From positions 1-59,078 of the forward strand of contig NIVC01002682.1 in assembly GCA_002269645.1 (NCBI GenBank): DNA of 59,078 nucleotides. The letters are read 5' to 3'. The notes under the pieces were generated by a model. It searched no databases. It worked only from the letters and a program-made list of their open reading frames with translations, and was not told the origin of the DNA. A program made the translations under genes and the position numbers. Numbering within the stretch: position 1 is the stretch's first letter; each line of letters begins with the position of its first letter. Shown here piece after piece: positions 53,130 to 59,078 of the stretch. Source of the DNA: Macrostomum lignano (Eukaryota).

Positions 53130-53700
53130 GCCACGTGTGCGCAGTGTGGAGCAGGGAAGTGAAATGGATAGTCAAACTTACTGAACAAATTTGCATCCGT
53201 CTATCGGAAACGCCTCCCTTTTCGTCCGACTGTCTGTCTGCCCTGTCTGTCTCTGCGCCTCTACCCCCCAGAATGCTGCTCCCTCGGCCTAGACGAATGC
53301 TGGGACTATCGATCTTGACTGTGGACTGAGTGGATGCGGGGTGTTGCGGGTTTGCCGGTTCACCCCTGGCTTGAATAGGATGGTGGATGCAGAGAGCGCG
53401 CCTAAGTGCGTCTCAGATTCGGACAAGCTGAGAGAGTAAGAGAAGGAGGGGCAAGCGGAATCGGAAGAATTTCTGAGCCGAATTCTCTCCCAATGTGCCA
53501 AGCTCGCTTTCCAATAGACTCTCGCAGGTTTGACCAAATCGTAAATTGGATTTTCAGCCAGCTCGTGCTATAGGAATTGAGTCGGTATGGATTCCGTGTA
53601 TATTACTGCTCGGCTCTAGTGAGGAAACTTGAGCCAACGACTTGAAGAAATCTACTAGCCCTGACAGAAGAGTGGGCTCAATCATTTTCTAGTTAAGAGT
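53130..53700 (-). mobile_element. Possible eroded LINE remnant
   Basis: Broken frames with MIEPTLLSG, NTPHPLS and SRTKREAFP resemble post-RT LINE motifs; weak. Confidence 0.25.
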
Positions 53701-54009
53701 ATGAAAAATTTAAGAATTAAAGCTATAGTAGGAAAGATGCTTGAGAAGCTGTCCGAATGAGGAATCTAGAGGGACGTGCTTTTGACGAGGAAAAGCGAGT
53801 AACTACACTTGGAACTTCTACTTACCGAAAGCAGCAATGGCAATGTATAATTACCTTCGTTTACAGCACGATTTTGGATTCAAGTGTAGAATCTGCAGAT
53901 GGACGCAAATACGAACTAAGGGTCGCGGTGTGGGGTGGGCGCCTTTCTTAGTCATTTCTTATAGTTCATCTGCACTTGTCTGTGTCTTCTCTGTTTACTC
54001 TCCAGCTCC

Positions 54010-54196
54010 GTCCAGTTCAGTCTTGTTATTCTTATCTCTCTCCCTCGCTGCCTTCTGATTGGCTCTTCAATCTCGCCTGTTCTCAGTCGCGCGCTTCACC
54101 CCCTTCGTCTCTGTTTCTCTCCCCTCTGTCCAGTTCAGTCTTGTTATTCTTATCTCTCTCCCTCGCTGCCTTCTGATTGGCTCTTCCATCTCGCCT
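54010..54196. repeat. Direct repeat, about 69 bp x2 (period 118 bp)
   Basis: gtccagttcagtcttgttattcttatctctctccctcgctgccttctgattggctcttc at 54010 and 54128. Confidence 0.9.
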
Positions 54197-54806
54197 CTTT
54201 CCTTAGTCGCGCACTGACACCCCTCCTTTTCTTATCTGTACTCAGCCCCGCCAACCCCCTTAGGTTAATGACACATTGTGAATATATCCGTTAGTTTATC
54301 TTATTTTCCTTAAGAAAAATTTCCTTATTCTCTTTACATATAGAAATGAAAAGTGCAAACATCTCATTTTACACTTTCAGAATGCCAAATATGAATATTT
54401 GTTTTGTAAAAATGCATCCTGAAAGTTTCAACTTCCAGTAAATCATTTCCAAGAAATAATTTTCAAATTCAAGTCGATAACCAGTGGCCCACTGCATGCC
54501 AAAAACTTTATATTTTTTCAATTAAAAGTAACAGCTGCTTTGATATAGGCAGTTTTTTCTATTCGCAGTATTTTGAAAGCAGCGGAAATAAATTTCTTTG
54601 CTTCAAAATATTTTTTAATTAGCAGTCTGTAGGCTTCGCTGTACTTTTTAAATCAAGTAACATCTGAATCTATAGGTTGCTACTTATACTGTTTTTAAGA
54701 CGGAGGAAAATATTATTTAACACAAGCGGATTCTATAGATTGATAAGCTAATTCTCGAACCGAAATCAACAAAAATCCTATAGAAGATAAGCAAATCTTT
54801 AATCTT

Positions 54807-57800
54807 TTACTCTTCTTTAGCCTCCGACTCAGCTGCCGGCTTGTCCCCTACTTCAGCTTCCATCGCTGGCTCTCCATCAGCCGCAGCCTCCTCCTCTGCT
54901 TCATCATCAGTGTCAGCATACTCTGATTCTTCGGCCCTCGGCTCGCCAAAATCAGCCGGAAGTCGAAGGCGCATCCGCAATGTGGCAATCGACATCGACG
55001 GCAAGGCCGCAGTTGCCGACCAGGAGTTGCCCCAGATCGACTGCTTACCGCGGCAGCCCGACAGCCGGACCAGACCTTGGACGGCCTCCCGACAATCGTC
55101 GGCCTCGTCCAGGCGGCGGCACTCGATGCGCCAATAGTCGGCGCCGTCGATGGTGTCAGCCGTCCGAGCAGGAGCCTGGAGGCCCGCTACGAATCTGTAG
55201 TGGGATCGGCAGTTGGCGGTGTTGCAGCTGTTCAGAATAAGCAACGTCTTTGGCGATCGAGATATCGTCCCAGGCAACACATGCAATTCTGCTCATTCCG
55301 CTGACTACTGAGCACATACTCGACTCACACACACGCTCACACAAGGTGTACAGTGGCCCTGACATTCTAAACGTCAGGCATGTACACTCTCTGGCCCTAG
55401 AGGTTGGCCCTCATGGCTGTAAATCGCACGACAACCAACCCTCTGACCAATTTTCGTGCACAAGTCCCAATTGAATGTGGAGACGCCACGGAATCGAACC
55501 ACACGAGAGGTCGTGTGGAGCGAGAGTCGAATAAGATTCAGTAAAAAACTAATAAAACGGGACCGATCCAAAGACAGACTGGTTTTAGAGGCTTGGAAGG
55601 GAGCGAGGAAGGCCGAGGATAGCCACCCTACATGACTGGGTTGTTTTGTCGCTCTTCGAACTACATACCTGCTGTGTACAGTCTAAGTACCTATACTGTG
55701 TGCCCTCTAACTTGAAGTTCAATAGAAGTTGAAGTGAACTGGATTGTACTGTTATGCTGTACGTGACTTCTGGGGGCATGATGGTTCAACGCTCTTTTAA
55801 GCACTTAAAGATTCTTACACTGATATTTGCTGGGGTAACTCTGTCAAGCATATCTAGCTCTTCAGCCACTACTCCACGACAGCAAAAAGACACCAACTAT
55901 TGAATACAAAGAAAGCAAAGAAAACAACCGACCTGGCCTTCCGTCGAACCATGACTCGTTCAAGTCCGGGCCTGGCCGAGTAGCCGAATTCGCCCAGACT
56001 CAGTCCCGGCACGAGCAACACGCCGGCGAACCGTCCAGCGCAGCTGTCGTTGCTCACTGCGCCGCCGCCATTGTCGCTACTGGTTGCCAGCAACGGCACC
56101 GACACCAGTTGGCCCGACGACAGAATCTGCGCTAGTCTCGCCTGGGCAGCCGCCACCTCCGCTAGCCGTTCCGGCGATCGAAACGCCTCCTCGTTGATGC
56201 AGCCTTTGGCTAGGCGCAGTGCCCGATCCTTTAGCGCGGCTCCTTCCGTCATCAGTTCGCCCTCGGCGTCGACACCATCTACAACTTTGTGCCAACCGTC
56301 GGCCAAAACGCGAAGCTGCGGCTGGCGCTCATCCAAATAGTCGAGCACCTGTTTAAATATTCATCTAGATCTGTTCAAACTAAACCACAGGAGCAAGACA
56401 CTATATTGGCAGGCAACGTTGCAGTGATTTCGCAATGTGATGCAAACTAACCTGCCAAGCGGCCAGCTCCTGATCCAGCTCGGAGGTGGCCACCGCCCGC
56501 AGCAGCTTGTCGAAGTCCTCGCTGACCGCCAGCCGATAGTCGGTGCAGCAGAATTGCCGGAAACGGGCAATGGCCAGGGCCGGACGAAGACTGGCCGGCG
56601 GTCGACGACGAGCAAGGGCCCACACCTGCGGATGTCGGTGGCAGCTTATGAAGAGATTCTTAAGAAACAGAGTGGTTCTCATGAAATGGAGAGATTCTCA
56701 TGAAACGGAGAGATTCTCATGAAACAGAGAGATTCTCATGAAACGGAGAGATTCTCATGAAACTGTGAGATTCTCATGAAACTATGAGATTCTCATGAAA
56801 CGGAGAGATTCTCATGAAACGGTGAGATTCTCATGAAACTGAGAGATTCTCACGAAACGGAGAGATTCTCATGAAACGGTGAGATTCTCACGAAACAAAG
56901 AGATTCTCACGAAACGGAGGGATTCTCATGAAACGGTGAGATTCTCATGAAACTGAGAGATTCTCACGAAACGGAGAGATTCTCATGAAACGGTGAGATT
57001 CTCACGAAACAAAGAGATTCTCACGAAACGGAGGATTCTCATGAAACGGTGAGATTCTCATGAAACTGAGAGATTCTCACGAAACGGAGAGATTCTCATG
57101 AAACGGAGAGATTCTCACGACACGGAGGATTCTCATGGAACGGCGAGTTAGTTCCTAGGCAAGTATAAAGGTCTCGAACACGAAATTTGGTGGAAATGCA
57201 TCAACGAGCCGAAATGTTTTTTTTAATATTGCTGCAATTACTGTGTCGTATTGCAAAGGGAATTCTGTGCATTCATATTATTTTGATTTGGACGTCTAAA
57301 AAAGAAAAAATCAAACAAAATCCAGAAAATATTTATCCAAACTGCCACCCCAAGAATACTTTCAGCGCAAACAATTTCAATGTGGGTTCCGATCTCTGTA
57401 GAAAAAACATCAAATAAAAAATATGCCATCCTCATGCAGCAAATAATTTGAAACAATTCGAGTCAAGACAAGTAACTAACTAACTAACTAACTAAATAAC
57501 TAAAAAGCTGACCCATACTCCGCACCTGCGCAGCGGGCAACTCTCCATCCTGATGGTGCAGAGCCACATGCGGCAGCCCCACCAGTCCCATGTCCCGGGC
57601 CGTCGGCAACCCCGAAGACGTGCACCACAACTCCTCGATTGGCCAGACGCCTCAGGAAGCCGGCCTCTGCCAGGCTGTCGGGAGCGCAGTCCAGGTACAC
57701 CAGCACCAGGCGACAGGCTGTCGTTTCACCCGAGGCTGCAGCTGCTTCAGAAGACGCCGAAGCGGCCTCCTGGTGCGCCAGGGTGTCCCGCACGGCTTCC

Positions 57801-58107
57801 TGCAACTCGGCAAGGCTCAATTCCGAGCCGTCGTGGGCCACCGCGTGCCAGTCGATGCCGCCAGCCGGTACTCCGCATCCGTTGACGTCGACCTCTTCGG
57901 CCTCTTCATCTTCATAGTCATCCTCGTCGGCATTATCTCCGGCGGCTGTGCTGGAGGCGGAACAGCAGCTAACGGCGCCGCTCAGCCGAGTGGCGTGCCA
58001 GCTGAGCACAGACACGAGAGCCTGGTATGGCACCTTGCCTGATCGCGATCGCACGGCACCACCAGAATATGATGCTGAGCCATTTCAGACTCGTCCTGCG
58101 ACTGCAT
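54807..58107 (-). CDS. Uncharacterised ~540-aa protein; exons 58107-57513 (apparent frameshift near 58037-58041), 56644-56452, 56348-55933, 55227-54807
   Basis: Four GC-rich segments join with GT/AG and consistent phases (2, 0, 2). An alpha/beta segment RLVLVYLDCAPD...LANRGVVVHVFGV and an acidic C-terminal tail are present. Family not recognised. Confidence 0.68.
55325..55540 (-). mobile_element. tRNA-derived SINE (copy 2), intronic
   Basis: ggttcgattcc...ccacattcaattgg..cttgtgcacga.aattgg...ccatgagggccaacctc...gtgtac...ctgacg.ttagaa, shared with 37233-37370. Confidence 0.65.
56676..57140. repeat. 19-21-bp minisatellite (gagattctca(t/c)gaaacg...) in an intron
   Basis: More than 20 units; variant blocks repeat at longer range. 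Confidence 0.93.
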
Positions 58108-58667
58108 GCCTGGTAGTTTTTGCTACAAGTAGGCGAAGCTAAATAATGAATCCCTATGTAAGAATACTTTTTCGGTAGTCAAGGCAAAATTGGTGAGGGG
58201 CCTTCGTTTCTTTTAAAACAGAGAGTGATATTAGTGGCAGTAGCTGACCACCCTATTCTCAGTCTTAGTGCTGTCTCTTAGTCTGCATTGCCTGCTCCGT
58301 TTGAAATGAATTTACGAGTATGGCTACAGACAGGCAGAAAACATTTGAGACTGAGCAGTGCTCACTTGCTGGGTCACCTGCTATCGCCTCTCCGCGAGCA
58401 ACTGTTCACACGAATCTCGTCCACTCGTCCGTTGCAAAGTTTTTTTTATTCTTCTGTGTGAGTGAAATACAAGCTTCACCTTCAATTCTCGCTCCTAAAG
58501 CTGTTGTTAGTTCTGGCTTCTTAGAGAGACAGACAGAGAAAAATAGACACGCAGGGAGCGATGCAAGTACACCATTACTGTCTAATTTAACTGAATTTGG
58601 ATGATGGAAATACGCAGTTGGTCTACGCTGTTCTATGGAGGTTTTTGTTTTGTTTTCAACCTGTACA

Positions 58668-58741
58668 AGACAGACAGACAGACAGACAGACAGACCTAGA
58701 CAGACAGACAGACAGACAGACACAGACAGACAGACACTAGA

Positions 58742-58802
<61 letters not shown>

Positions 58803-58816
58803 GGACAGACAGACAC

Positions 58817-58853
<37 letters not shown>

Positions 58854-58912
58854 ACAGTGACAGACAAGATAGACAGACGGACAGACAGACAGACAGACAG
58901 ACCAGACAGACA

Positions 58913-58983
<71 letters not shown>

Positions 58984-59008
58984 GCACAGACAGACAGACA
59001 GACAGACA

Positions 59009-59078
<70 letters not shown>
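58668..59078. repeat. (CAGA)n microsatellite, interrupted, runs off the right edge
   Basis: Direct inspection. Confidence 0.98.

Overview
Animal genomic DNA with spliceosomal introns, intron-poor GC-rich coding exons in AT-rich spacers and (CAGA)n microsatellites. The style suggests a free-living flatworm such as Macrostomum, but that is inference only. Eight host genes are supported: (1) a >2100-aa intronless Cys/Ser-rich ORF with beta-solenoid-like patterning that runs off the left edge; (2) a spliced selenoprotein F (Sep15) gene with an in-frame UGA and a type II SECIS, largely missed by the ORF track; (3) an intronless USP31/43-like deubiquitinase nested on the same strand inside a Sep15 intron; (4) VPS28; (5) a PP2A B'' (PPP2R3) gene with two candidate alternative first exons; (6) a BTB-BACK-Kelch gene whose BTB domain is split by an acidic insert; (7) an intronless synaptotagmin-1; (8) an unrecognised 4-exon gene with an apparent frameshift. 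Mobile and repetitive DNA includes a 2.2-kb Crypton-like tyrosine-recombinase element bounded by 16-bp inverted repeats, mariner and non-LTR RT remnants, a tRNA-derived SINE family, several MITEs/foldbacks and minisatellites. All homologies are recognised from memory of conserved motifs; no searches were run, and counts were made by eye.
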